Made by a program: the position numbers and the translations under genes
In this document: in pieces, positions 9,249-18,346 of the stretch
Layout of the letters: each line of letters begins with the position of its first letter
Numbering within the stretch: position 1 is the first letter of the stretch
Virus record (IMG/VR): IMGVR_UViG_2843449061_000008
Coordinates: 24,102-88,101 of that record
Source of the DNA: a virus
Lineage: Duplodnaviria; Caudoviricetes
DNA length: 64,000 nt
Direction: 5' to 3' (one strand)
The notes under the pieces: generated by a model
Told to the model about the DNA's origin: nothing
What the model saw: the letters and a program-made list of their open reading frames with translations, nothing else
Database searches by the model: none

Positions 9249-9360
9249 GTATGGCGTTTTCGCCCTTCATGCAATACGCAAAGCCATACATAAACGCATA
9301 GCGTTTATGCGCCAATTGTATGGCAAATTGTGGTGACGGAAACGCCATACGATGCCATAC
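9249..9360. promoter_or_regulatory. Dyad-symmetric divergent control region with GCCATAC/GTATGGC repeats
   Basis: GTATGGCGTTT (9249-9259) is the reverse complement of AAACGCCATAC (9340-9350). Central CATAAACGC-ata-GCGTTTATG at 9289-9309. Further copies at 9283, 9318 and 9354. Confidence 0.65.
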
Positions 9361-9410
9361 AGAAAGCATGAACACGCGCCGTCCGCGCAACCCATTCTGG
9401 AGGCTTCGCC

Positions 9411-11612
9411 ATGTCCGCCACCGTTCCCGCTTCCGCCTTCCGCAACGCCTTGGAATCGGTCCGTTGGGCTGCCGAAACGCGTCAGTCCATCCCCGCTTTG
9501 ACCTGCGTCCTTATCGAGGCCGCTGGACATGCGCTTTCGCTGACCTGCACCGACCTTGATGCCCGCGCGACCTACACGTTGACCAGCGAGACCGACGCGG
9601 GGAACTGGCGCGCCGCGGTGCCCGTCTCGGCAGTGCGAAAGGCGGTGACGGGGGAAGGCGCCTTGACGATCGCGCCGGCTGGCGCTGCCGTGCGGTTCGA
9701 ACTGGACGGGCGCGCCACGATGATCCCCATGCCGGATGATGACTCGGCTTTGGACGTCATGCCGCTCTCTCGCGACTTCAACGGCGCGGCCCTGGAGTTC
9801 GAGGCGTGCGACGTTGCCCAGTTCGCCGCGCGCACCCTCTTTGCGATCTCGACGGAGGAGACCCGTTACTATCTCAACGGCGTCTATCTGCACCGGCCGA
9901 ATCCGGAGCGCATGCCGGAGGGATTTCGCGCCGTCTCGACGGACGGGCATCGGCTGGCCCTTCTCGACGTGGCGCCGCGCGCTGTCAGCGGCGAGTGGCG
10001 CGAAACAATCATCCCGCGCCGGCTTGTCTCGGCGCTGGGCAAGGTGGCCGGTGCGAAGGAGGCCGGGCCGGTGCTGATCGAACAGCCGGCCGCCGGTCTC
10101 GGGCTGCGGATCACCTGCGGCGCCTTGACCGTGGTGGCGAAGGAAATCGACGGTACGTTCCCGGACTATGCTCGGTGCGTCCCGGGATATCGTCAGGGCG
10201 ACGATGAAATCGCGACCGTGACCATGACAGGCCGGGATCTCGCGCGCGCCGTGGCGGACATGGGCAGCAAGCGTGATCCCTGGATGGTGGCGGTGGACGT
10301 GGCACCCGGCTTGCCGGTGCGGTTCTATGGCTGCGCCACGGCTGCAGGGGCATCCGCCGATGTCAACGCCACCGGTGCGGCGGCCGGCAAGCCGGTTCAG
10401 GTCGGTTTCAACGCGCAGTACATGCGCGAGGCCGCGAAGGCGCTGGGGGCTGGACCCGTCACGATCATGATGGACGGCGAGGGTAGCCCAGCGCTGATGA
10501 TCGCAGAGGACGGCTATCGAATCGTTCAGATGCCGCATCGTGTCGCGAAGGTCCCGGCCCGCCGGGAAGCTGTCCAAGCCGTCCCGGCGGTTGTCGCTCC
10601 CGTGGTGGAGGATGCGGCGCCGGTTGCCCAGGTCGGGCCGGAGATGGAGCGCGCCGCCATGGGCGCCCAACTTGTCCACCACGCCGCGCCGGTCTGTCCG
10701 CTCGACCTGCAGGGCTATGACGGCGAGGCAAATCCCGATGCAGAGCCCGTGCGATATGACGTGTCTTTCCTGGAGAAGGTGCCGGAGCGCGTGCTTGATC
10801 GCGTCCGCGTGGCGCTGGACGATCTGCAAATGGTCGCTGAAGCAATGGCACACGTTCGCCGCACGCTTGGCGCGCGGTATGTTGCCGAATCGTGGGAAGC
10901 CACGTTCCGCCATCGTGTAGCCTCGTCGCTGGAGATGATTGAACGGTTCCGTGTGCTTGCGCCGTGCAATGACGTGGATGCCGAAATGGTCTTGCGCGCG
11001 CTGGGTGGCCTTCCTGACGTCGCCTTGACGCCGGCGGAGCTGGATTACTTCCGCCCGCGGGTGACCGAGGAGGAGCCGGAACCGGTGGACCTGCTGCGGC
11101 TGCAGGCCTTCGCCGTGCGCCACGGAATGCAGCCGGGTGACATTGGCGGCCCTCTGACGGTCCTGTCGTCGCGCTATCTGGCGCGCCGCGATCGCATGGT
11201 GCAAGCGGTGGAGACCTTCCGGGCATCGACGGTGGAGGAGCTGTGCAACGCGCAGAACCCGGAGACCTACGCGACTTGCGGAACGCTGGTTCCCGCGGAC
11301 GTCGGTTCCGGGCCGGCGCGGTACGAGTCCCCGGCAGCGCCGGAGAATGGCACCTTTGCAGCCTTCATGCGCGAGACCTTCGGGGCGCGGTGGACGATCG
11401 GACGGAAGCGGCGCGGCTCCGATCGGGTGTGGATCACCAAGCGCCAGTACGATGCGGCTCGGCAGGCGTGGGAGGCACGGCAGGCTACCCAGCTCCGACG
11501 CGCACCAAATGTTGTGGTGCTGGCTGATTGGGCGAATCGGAGTATCAGTAACGACTCGGCGATTGTCGTGGTGCGCGAAGCAACCCGGGAAGGGCCGTTG
11601 AAGGCCGGGTGA
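9411..11612 (+). CDS. dnaN: DNA polymerase III beta sliding-clamp homologue with a C-terminal extension of about 355 aa
   Basis: DnaN signatures LSLTCTDLD, FAISTEETRYYLNGVYL, AVSTDGHRL, KEIDGTFPDYARC, GFNAQYM and MPHRV (clamp ends near aa 378), followed by an unrelated domain. This is a phage homologue, not the host gene. Confidence 0.85.
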   Translation: MSATVPASAFRNALESVRWAAETRQSIPALTCVLIEAAGHALSLTCTDLDARATYTLTSETDAGNWRAAVPVSAVRKAVTGEGALTIAPAGAAVRFELDGRATMIPMPDDDSALDVMPLSRDFNGAALEFEACDVAQFAARTLFAISTEETRYYLNGVYLHRPNPERMPEGFRAVSTDGHRLALLDVAPRAVSGEWRETIIPRRLVSALGKVAGAKEAGPVLIEQPAAGLGLRITCGALTVVAKEIDGTFPDYARCVPGYRQGDDEIATVTMTGRDLARAVADMGSKRDPWMVAVDVAPGLPVRFYGCATAAGASADVNATGAAAGKPVQVGFNAQYMREAAKALGAGPVTIMMDGEGSPALMIAEDGYRIVQMPHRVAKVPARREAVQAVPAVVAPVVEDAAPVAQVGPEMERAAMGAQLVHHAAPVCPLDLQGYDGEANPDAEPVRYDVSFLEKVPERVLDRVRVALDDLQMVAEAMAHVRRTLGARYVAESWEATFRHRVASSLEMIERFRVLAPCNDVDAEMVLRALGGLPDVALTPAELDYFRPRVTEEEPEPVDLLRLQAFAVRHGMQPGDIGGPLTVLSSRYLARRDRMVQAVETFRASTVEELCNAQNPETYATCGTLVPADVGSGPARYESPAAPENGTFAAFMRETFGARWTIGRKRRGSDRVWITKRQYDAARQAWEARQATQLRRAPNVVVLADWANRSISNDSAIVVVREATREGPLKAG

Positions 11613-11628
11613 AGCCCCGCAAATGCCT

Positions 11629-11637
11629 TGTGGATAA
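11629..11637 (-). promoter_or_regulatory. Perfect DnaA box
   Basis: TGTGGATAA, the reverse complement of the consensus TTATCCACA, 18 bp before the first repeat. Confidence 0.6.
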
Positions 11638-11655
11638 CTTTTTTTGCCGGACCAA

Positions 11656-11931
11656 TGTCCCATGAGACATTGGCGTTTGTCCCATAGGACAACGGCACTT
11701 GTCCCGTGAGACATCGGCCAGTGTCCCATAGGACAAAGTCCATTGTCCCATAGGACAGATTTTGCGGCGTTGGTCGGTGCGATTGGTTCGCACGGGAATG
11801 GGGATTGCGCATTATCGCGGCGTGGTTGTGTCCCATGGGACAATGCCCGATGTCCCATAGGACAAATGCGAATGTCCCATAGGACAAAGCCCATTGTCCC
11901 ATAGGACGTCCCATGGTTGTCCCATGGGAAA
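11656..11931. repeat. Iteron-like array of ten 14-bp near-palindromes (TGTCCCATRGGACA), 22-bp period, in two blocks of five
   Basis: Copies start at 11656, 11678, 11700, 11722, 11744, 11829, 11851, 11873, 11895 and 11918; spacers are 8 bp and variable. Confidence 0.9.
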
Positions 11932-12530
11932 ACGGCTCCAAGAGAAGAGAAGAGAATCTATTTGGTGGTGGTGGTTGCGCGCGTGCGTGCGCTCATACGT
12001 GCGCGTGGGAGACCCCCAGCGCTGGCGATTTCGCTTGACCTGCAGCGACGACATCGGCACGAATTTGGAACCCTTGGAGAAGGGTGCCTGGACAGATCCC
12101 GAAGCACCCTCATCGCTGTTCGTCGCTGGTATCAGCCCCTGCCCATCGTCCGCCCGCCCGGTTCGTCCGTGGCGGGTTTTGTCGTTCTGGTGCCCAGCTC
12201 GCCCAGGTTGGCGACGTCGCCCTCGCTGTTGGCCCTGGTGCCCAGCTCCTCCACCCCCACCGTCACCGCAGGATCAACGCCCATGCGCTTCGCCGCCGTG
12301 GATGCCTTCGCTCGTCCTGCGCTCCGCTGGGGTGCTGGTGGTGAGCTGCAGCGCTGCGTCGGGGTGCTGACGGGGCTGTGTGGGCTGGATGGAGCGCGTG
12401 CGTTGGCCCTGGTGAGCAAAGAAGCACGTAGGAGCGTCGTAGGATGCTTCGAAAGCGTTTGCGCTATGTGGGTAGCGGGCATGGTCTCAGAGCGCATCCA
12501 GCGCGCTCCTGGCGCGCATCTAGACGCTTC

Positions 12531-12580
12531 CGGGTCCTTCCAGGGGCAAAAGACCCGGGGGCAGCACCGGCCCCATGTCG
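12531..12580 (+). promoter_or_regulatory. Putative helper cos site (cosQ-like GGGTCCT at 12532-12538)
   Basis: CGGGTCCTTCC matches lambda cosQ (GGGTCCT). Several GTTTCC repeats follow (about 12618-12792), upstream of the terS/terL operon. The exact cosN was not located. Confidence 0.6.
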
Positions 12581-12885
12581 CGAGGATTTTCCGGCTCTGG
12601 TTTCAATGAAACCGCCGCGTTTCCGAACCGCCGCCCGCGTGAAGAACGGCGTGTAACCATTTGGCAACAGTGGCTAATCCGCCACTGAGCCCACACCGCC
12701 AGAGTTTCCAGCCTTTCCAGTTTCCACCCGCCTGCAGCCACGGGCGGCGAGTTTCCCGGCAGCCACCGGGAAGGGCGCGACCGAACGGTTTCCCCGATCT
12801 TCATCGGGTCCGGCGGTCGCCTTTGCGTGACCCCCTGATCCGCGTCCGGGGCGTGGCTGCGCCGGACCCGATGGAGACCATCCCC

Positions 12886-13416
12886 ATGTCCACCTCCGAG
12901 TTCACCCACAGCTTCTTCGGGCACCCCGTGATGGCGGTGCTGAACCTGCTTGGCCTGCGCCGGGCCGCCACCTGGGTGCATGACGTCGCCCTGCCGGTAC
13001 CGGTCGAGCCCGTCGCCGAGCCGACCGCCGAACAGCACCCCACCATCTTCTCCTGCCAGATCCTCGACCTTCAGGACGGGCGGGGCACGCTTCGCCTGGA
13101 GTGGCAGGAGCCGACCGGAAGCGGTGGCGGTGCTTTCGCACGTTCGGTTCGCGACGCGATGGGAACGGCCAAGGAAATGGCCATGCTGCTGAACGGCGAG
13201 CGTGAGGAGGAACCCATCATCCCGGTCGAGACCTGCGAAGCCTGGGTCGAGCGCGAGTGGTTCTGGTGGATCGTGAAGTACCAGAGCAAGCCCAGCGCCA
13301 GCGTCCTCATCATGGACCGCTGCTTCCCGCTCCGCTCGTCGGCGCTGGCCGTTGCGGCAGCGATCAAGACGGCACACCGGGACGGGGTTGTGCTCGGGGT
13401 CGGGGGTGCGCAATGA
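12886..13416 (+). CDS. Hypothetical protein
   Basis: GGAG RBS about 10 bp before ATG 12886; overlaps the next gene by 4 bp. Confidence 0.55.
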   Translation: MSTSEFTHSFFGHPVMAVLNLLGLRRAATWVHDVALPVPVEPVAEPTAEQHPTIFSCQILDLQDGRGTLRLEWQEPTGSGGGAFARSVRDAMGTAKEMAMLLNGEREEEPIIPVETCEAWVEREWFWWIVKYQSKPSASVLIMDRCFPLRSSALAVAAAIKTAHRDGVVLGVGGAQ

Positions 13417-13706
13417 CCACCATCCCCCCGAACCCCTCGCTTCCGTCCATCGTCATGCAGGAACTGCGGCGTGAGTGCGTGAAGGCCGCCCTCGGCTCCG
13501 AATGGCCGAACAACCCCATCGCCGTGATGAACCTCGCGACCGTCTACGAGGGCTTCGTCCTGTTCGGTGACCAAGAAATCGCGTGGCGCCGGGCAGGCTT
13601 CGGTGAGGTCGCTGACAGCATCGCTACGGCACGCTCCGCCGGCAGGCCTGTTGAGACCGGGGTTTCGCTCCCGGCCAACGTCGCGACGCTGCGCCCGAAG
13701 GGCTGA
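13413..13706 (+). CDS. Hypothetical protein (97 aa)
   Basis: Start-stop overlap with the upstream gene; lies just before terS. Confidence 0.55.
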   Translation: MTTIPPNPSLPSIVMQELRRECVKAALGSEWPNNPIAVMNLATVYEGFVLFGDQEIAWRRAGFGEVADSIATARSAGRPVETGVSLPANVATLRPKG

Positions 13707-13718
13707 TCGGTTTTACCC

Positions 13719-14429
13719 ATGGCCCGTGAACGGCCCCAGACCAGCGCGAAGGAGTTCATCGACCGCTTCAACGCGCTGGGGATCGTCGGCGACGATGGCC
13801 AGCCGGTGACGGTGACGAAGGGCACCGTGTCCAAGCTGGTCAACGGGCAGGAGATGCCGCTGCTCGGCGTCACCTTCACCGTCACCATGCGCTGGCTGGC
13901 GGACAACACGGACCCGACGAAGCCGAAGTCGAAGCTGGGCACCGCGGCGCAGCGGTGGTTGAGCGGGCAGGGGCCAGTCCCAACCCCGCCGGTCCCGAAG
14001 ACTCTGGGAGAGGCGCCAACGCGTCAGGCCGAAAAGCAGCCGACCGTGGTGGTGCTGCCGATGGAGGAAGGCGCTTCGGCCGGCGGCCGGAACACGACGG
14101 TCTCCGAGTCCCGGCGTGAAAAGGAACGGCTCGACGTCGAGCTGAAGAAGCGCGAACTCGCCAAGCATGACCGCGAGCACATCCCGCGGGCCGAGGTGGA
14201 GGTGGCGGTGGATGCCGCAATTACCGAGTTCCGCGGCCAGTTCGAGGGGTTCGCCGGGCTGCTGGCCCGTCAGGTCGCCGGAAAGACCGACACCGAGGCC
14301 TACACCCTGATCCAGGCTGAGGTTCGCCGGCTACTGGAGCGGTTGAGCACGAACCTGCGGAAGGCCGCGGTCGGGCTCGTCGAGGAGATGCACGACGGTG
14401 GGGCCGTCGATGAACCGGAAGGCGAGTGA
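13719..14429 (+). CDS. terS: Terminase small subunit (helper, Nu1-like)
   Basis: SESRREKERLDVELKKRELAK...IPRAEV coiled coil typical of Nu1-type TerS; overlaps the terL start. Confidence 0.7.
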   Translation: MARERPQTSAKEFIDRFNALGIVGDDGQPVTVTKGTVSKLVNGQEMPLLGVTFTVTMRWLADNTDPTKPKSKLGTAAQRWLSGQGPVPTPPVPKTLGEAPTRQAEKQPTVVVLPMEEGASAGGRNTTVSESRREKERLDVELKKRELAKHDREHIPRAEVEVAVDAAITEFRGQFEGFAGLLARQVAGKTDTEAYTLIQAEVRRLLERLSTNLRKAAVGLVEEMHDGGAVDEPEGE

Positions 14430-16242
14430 CCTTCTCAACCGGATGGCGGCGGCTCTCGATCCGCCTCCGGAGATGGAACCCGACGAGTGGGCTGAGGAGA
14501 ACATCGTCCTCCCCAAGAAGGAGGGGATGCCCGGCCCTTATCGGATGGCCCACACGCCGCAGTTCATCCCGTTCGTGCGCGCGTTCTGGGACCCGCGGTG
14601 GCGACGCATTGTCTTCGTCTGCGGCGCCCAGGAGGGGAAGTCCAGAGCCGTCCAGGCGGTGATCGGCAAGAAGCTGGACCATGAGCCGGCGCCGGTCATC
14701 TATTACGGCCCGACCAAGACCTTCGTCGAGCGCACCATCGAGCCGCGCATCGTCGAGATGCTGAACTCCTCCAAGAGCCTGAAGGGCAAGACGCTCTGGG
14801 GGAAGAAGCAGAAGAAGACGCTGAAGATGGTCAGCGGTGCGCCGCTGATCCTGAGTTGGGCCAGTTCCGGTTCCGAGTTGGCCGGTCAGGAAGCCGCGTT
14901 GGTCTTCATCGACGAACGCGACCGCCTGGCCGACGACATCGACGGCGAGGGCGACCCGGTCGAGCAGGGCGAGGCGCGTATCGGCTCCTACGCCAACGGC
15001 AAGATCGGGATCATCTCGACGCCGAAGACCGGCGTCATCCGGAAGGAGCGGCATCCTGAAACGGGGCTGGAGCATTGGGCAATCGCCGACCTCAAGAAGG
15101 TCAACAGCCCAATCATCAAGCTCTGGTGGGAAGGTTCGCGCCACGAAATGGCGTGGCCCTGCCCAGAATGCGGCGACTACTTCATCCCGCACTCTGGACT
15201 GCTGGATTGGGACGGAAAGGCTGACGGCACGGCGACGCCCGGCCAGGCGGCCCGCACGGTCAAGATGATCTGCGGATGCTGCGGGGTCCCGATCGCCGAG
15301 GCGCACAAGGAGCGGATGTGCGATCGCATGAGGCCGGTCGCGCCGGGGCAGCGGGTGGAGCCGGATGGAACGGTGGTGGGGCCTGACCCCGACACCGATT
15401 GCTTCTCGATTTGGTCCAACGGGCTGATGTCCAAGTTTAAGTCCTGGGCCAAGCTGGTTCGGCGGTGGCTTTCCGCGCTGGCGTCCGGTGAGCCTGGGAA
15501 GGTGCAGGGCGTCGTCAACACGGGCTTCGGCGAACTGCACGCCGTCTCGGGCGACGCCCCGAAGCACTCCGCTGTCACGGACTGCAAGCTGCCCTACAAG
15601 CGGGGGCAGGTGCCCTACGGCGTCCAGCGGGTTGTTCTCACGGTCGACGTGCAGAAGCGCGGCGTCTATTGGGTGATGCGCGGGTGGGGCGCCCGGCGGG
15701 AATCCTGGCTGATCGACTACGGCTACCTGCCGGGCGAAACCGACGGCGCCGAGGTCTGGGACGAGCTGGAAGGCATCGTCCGGGCCGCTCTGCCCGGCAA
15801 CACAGGCGTCAACCTGCTGCTGATTGACTCCGGCTACCGGCCCGGCAAGCCGGCGGTGGTTCCGGAGAACGCCGTCTACGATTTCTGCCGGCGGTTCAGC
15901 CGCTCGTTCGCCCGGCCCATCAAGGGCGAGCGGTACCTGACCGGCAACAAGTGGTTCACCACCACGGACAACGACGTCGACAGCCGGGGCAGGGTGCGGA
16001 AATCCGCAGGCCTGATCCTGCACCGCCTCAACACGCACGAGTTCAAGAGCCGCGTGTTCGAGAAGATCACGCGGCGCAAGGAACTGGCTGGCGGCTGGCA
16101 TGTGCCGGAGGACGTCGACGACGCTTATGCCAAGCAGATCGTGTCGGAGACCTGCCGGTGGGTGGGTGGCAAGCCGATCTGGGACGAGTTGGGCGCCAAC
16201 CACTACCTCGACTGTGAGGTGGTCCAAGCGTCTCAGAGCTGA
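14410..16242 (+). pseudogene. terL: Terminase large subunit, lambda gpA family (helper), interrupted at codon 602 by the nested element; 610-aa truncated product
   Basis: Walker A GAQEGKS, Walker B VFIDERD, CPECG zinc motif and LTVDVQK nuclease motif. Ends abruptly at NHYLDCEVVQASQS*. The native tail lies at 33724-33922. Confidence 0.9.
16208..16214 (+). other. attL core TCGACTG
   Basis: Identical to 33717-33723; flanked symmetrically by the inverted repeat ACCAC...GTGGT. Confidence 0.85.
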
Positions 16243-16268
16243 AAATACCAATTTCAGAACAATGCATT

Positions 16269-16300
16269 AGGCCCTCTCGGACCCCTCCGGAGGGCCTTTG
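16269..16300 (+). terminator. Strong hairpin just inside attL
   Basis: AGGCCCTC(t)CGGA-cccc-TCCG-GAGGGCCT followed by TTG. Confidence 0.6.
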
Positions 16301-16383
16301 TGGTCGGTAAAATCCACGTAACCGTCCGCGCCGATGATGCCGAATGGAATCAATGACTTAGGGCGCGGGCGCGGCAACGCCGC

Positions 16384-16413
16384 GACACATGAGTGACACA
16401 AGGATGACGCAAG
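16384..16413 (+). repeat. Integrase arm-type repeats (left arm)
   Basis: GACACATG 16384, GACACAAG 16395 and GACGCAAG 16406 at 11-bp spacing. AGTGACACAAGG recurs at 33657-33668. Confidence 0.7.
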
Positions 16414-16432
16414 AGAAAGGAGCCATCCCACC

Positions 16433-16717
16433 ATGAATCGAGCCTCCAACACGCCGTCCGGCGGACAGATGCTTTACGGCTACAGAGCGATTGCCGGGCA
16501 TCTTGGACTAACCGAACGGCAGAGCAAGCACCTTGTCGAAACGGGCCGTCTGCGCTTCCCCGAAGACGGGGTGGAAGGGGACGTGTTCAAGGTCGGGCAT
16601 GTCGTCTGCGCCCTGGTCTCCAGCCTGGAACGATGGAAGGAGAGGGCGGCCCGCGGCGAGCTGAGCGCCGAGAAGGAACCCGGCCATGAGCACTCCCCTG
16701 AAGGCGAGGACGCCTAA
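16433..16717 (+). CDS. Excisionase/AlpA-like winged-HTH protein
   Basis: LYGYRAIAGHLGLTERQSKHLVETGRL...FKVG; AAAGGAG RBS; first gene after attL. Confidence 0.65.
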   Translation: MNRASNTPSGGQMLYGYRAIAGHLGLTERQSKHLVETGRLRFPEDGVEGDVFKVGHVVCALVSSLERWKERAARGELSAEKEPGHEHSPEGEDA

Positions 16718-16740
16718 CCCCTCCTCCCTGTAGGCCAGCC

Positions 16741-17226
16741 ATGACGCGCAAGCCCGCCAGCTTCAAGCACAAGGACGTGAACAGCCCGCCGGAACCGTTC
16801 GTGTGGATCTCGGCTGCGCTGCTTGTGTCCCCGGCATGGCGTGCGCGGTCGATCAACTGCGTGCGCTTGATCGAGTTCTTGCAGAAGGAGCACATGGCCC
16901 ACGGCGGGAAGGAGAACGGCAACCTCGCGGCACCCTATGACCAGCTTCAGGCATGGGGGATCGGGCGGCGCCTGATCCGTCCGGCCATCGAGGAGGCGGA
17001 GACCCTGGGGCTAATTGCGGTGCGCCGGGGCGGGAAGCGCAACGCGGTGGAGGATCATGTCAGCCGCTACCGGTTGACCTTCTACCCATCCCGCATCGTG
17101 CCCACGGACGGGCTCCCGCATTGGGAAGCGCCGACCGATGAATGGAAGCGCATCACGCCCGAGATGGCCGAAGAAGCCACCTGCCGGGCCTCGTCGAAAA
17201 TTAGGGTCTCAGGTTCACCTTCGTGA
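16741..17226 (+). CDS. Putative wHTH replication initiator of the satellite
   Basis: PFVWI...LL.SPAWR..S....RLIEFL..EH..HGG.ENG.L..PY...GI....I..AI.E...LGLI pattern; iterons begin inside its last codons. Confidence 0.6.
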   Translation: MTRKPASFKHKDVNSPPEPFVWISAALLVSPAWRARSINCVRLIEFLQKEHMAHGGKENGNLAAPYDQLQAWGIGRRLIRPAIEEAETLGLIAVRRGGKRNAVEDHVSRYRLTFYPSRIVPTDGLPHWEAPTDEWKRITPEMAEEATCRASSKIRVSGSPS

Positions 17227-17332
17227 ACCGTCTCAGTTCACCTTCGTGAACTCCCTCAGTTCACCTTCGTGAACTTTTGGCGGGCGCAAACCCAGCAAAT
17301 CCGCCACCTGGGTAAAGTTCACCTTCGTGCAC
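17213..17332. repeat. Satellite origin iterons GTTCAC-CTTC-GTGAAC
   Basis: Exact copies at 17213, 17236 and 17259 (23-bp period) and a one-mismatch copy at 17317. Confidence 0.85.
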
Positions 17333-17492
17333 TCCTTCTAATATCTTGGGTGTATCCCCCGAGAAATCGGCACCTGCCGATCACCATCACCACCACCCGC
17401 CGCCGACAGGCGGCGCACTCGGAACCGGCCCTGGTCCTGACGACCTCCGCCGCCGGCCCCGCCTTCATCCCTTCACACCGGAGACCTTCGCC

Positions 17493-17744
17493 ATGTCGAG
17501 TCCCGACACGGACAGCATCATCGCGACCATTCCGAAGAATGCGACGGAAGAGGTTCGCATCACCCTGACCAGCTACAACGGCCATCCGCTCGTTGATCTG
17601 CGGACCTTCGTTGAATACCGGACGACCGGTGAGTCCGGCCCGACCAAGAAGGGGCTGACGGTCGCTGTTGCGCTGCTCCCCGCCATCATCTCCGGCCTTC
17701 AGGATGCCGAGGCTGAAGCCCGCCGCCGGGGGCTGTTGCCATGA
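17493..17744 (+). CDS. PC4/p15-like single-stranded DNA-binding protein
   Basis: IATIPKNATEEVRITLTSYNGHPLVDLRTF...PTKKGLTV matches the PC4 fold; GGAGA RBS. Confidence 0.8.
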   Translation: MSSPDTDSIIATIPKNATEEVRITLTSYNGHPLVDLRTFVEYRTTGESGPTKKGLTVAVALLPAIISGLQDAEAEARRRGLLP

Positions 17745-18043
17745 CCCGCGATTCCATCATCGCCGCCCTGGTCAGTCGCAGCATGACGGCCAGCGCCGGC
17801 CCGGTGGAGAAGGCCGCCCGGTATCACGAAGTCGCCGCCGCGGTGAACGCCGCCGGACGCTACGCCGCACCGGCCCTGATGCTGGTGCAAGACGCTGAAG
17901 GCGACGTGCTGGCCGCTTTCGCCGCGCAGGTCGATGCGCTCCGCAGCACCGAGCCGAAGGCCAGCCCTGCACCCACTCCCGTCATCCGCCCGTCATCCTG
18001 GCGCCGGGAGATGGCGCGCGTCGTCAACCCGAGAGGATTGTGA
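17741..18043 (+). CDS. Hypothetical protein (100 aa)
   Basis: Overlaps the upstream stop by 4 bp. Confidence 0.55.
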   Translation: MTRDSIIAALVSRSMTASAGPVEKAARYHEVAAAVNAAGRYAAPALMLVQDAEGDVLAAFAAQVDALRSTEPKASPAPTPVIRPSSWRREMARVVNPRGL

Positions 18044-18044
18044 A

Positions 18045-18242
18045 ATGGACCGCATCGAAGCCCTGACTTTGCTCGCCGCCCCGCTGCTCCGCCAGCGCCG
18101 GCCCGTTCGGCTGTCTCGCATCAACGCCGGCTTGGTCGCCGCCGGTCATGCGGAGACCACGGTGGAGGAATTGGCAGCGCTGGCCCGGCCCGTGTTGGTC
18201 GCGGGCTGCACCGAGGAAGACGAGACTGAAGCGCTGGCGTGA
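18045..18242 (+). CDS. Small hypothetical protein (65 aa)
   Basis: ATG 1 bp after the upstream stop; GAGAGG RBS. Confidence 0.5.
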   Translation: MDRIEALTLLAAPLLRQRRPVRLSRINAGLVAAGHAETTVEELAALARPVLVAGCTEEDETEALA

Positions 18243-18346
18243 CCGTGGAGGGGCTTGTCGGGTTCGCGGGCTATCTCCGGACCCTCGCGCGGCAGACCGC
18301 ATCCACGGGCCTTCTGAGCTTTAGCTAAGGGCCATCGGGAAAGGCA

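Noticed and set aside
9267-11894. 875-aa minus-strand ORF and overlapping ORFs through the repeat array
   Set aside because: Antisense shadow of the clamp gene. The repeat simply lacks stops on the minus strand, and the translation is low-complexity.
11656-11931. CRISPR array interpretation of the palindromic repeats
   Set aside because: Repeats are 14 bp and spacers only 8 bp, far below CRISPR sizes, and no cas genes are present in the window.
11990-12520. ORFs 11894-12370, 11917-12609 and 12132-12497
   Set aside because: No clear RBS, biased composition and no motifs. The region lies between the iteron array and the cos-like site and is treated as non-coding or degenerate.
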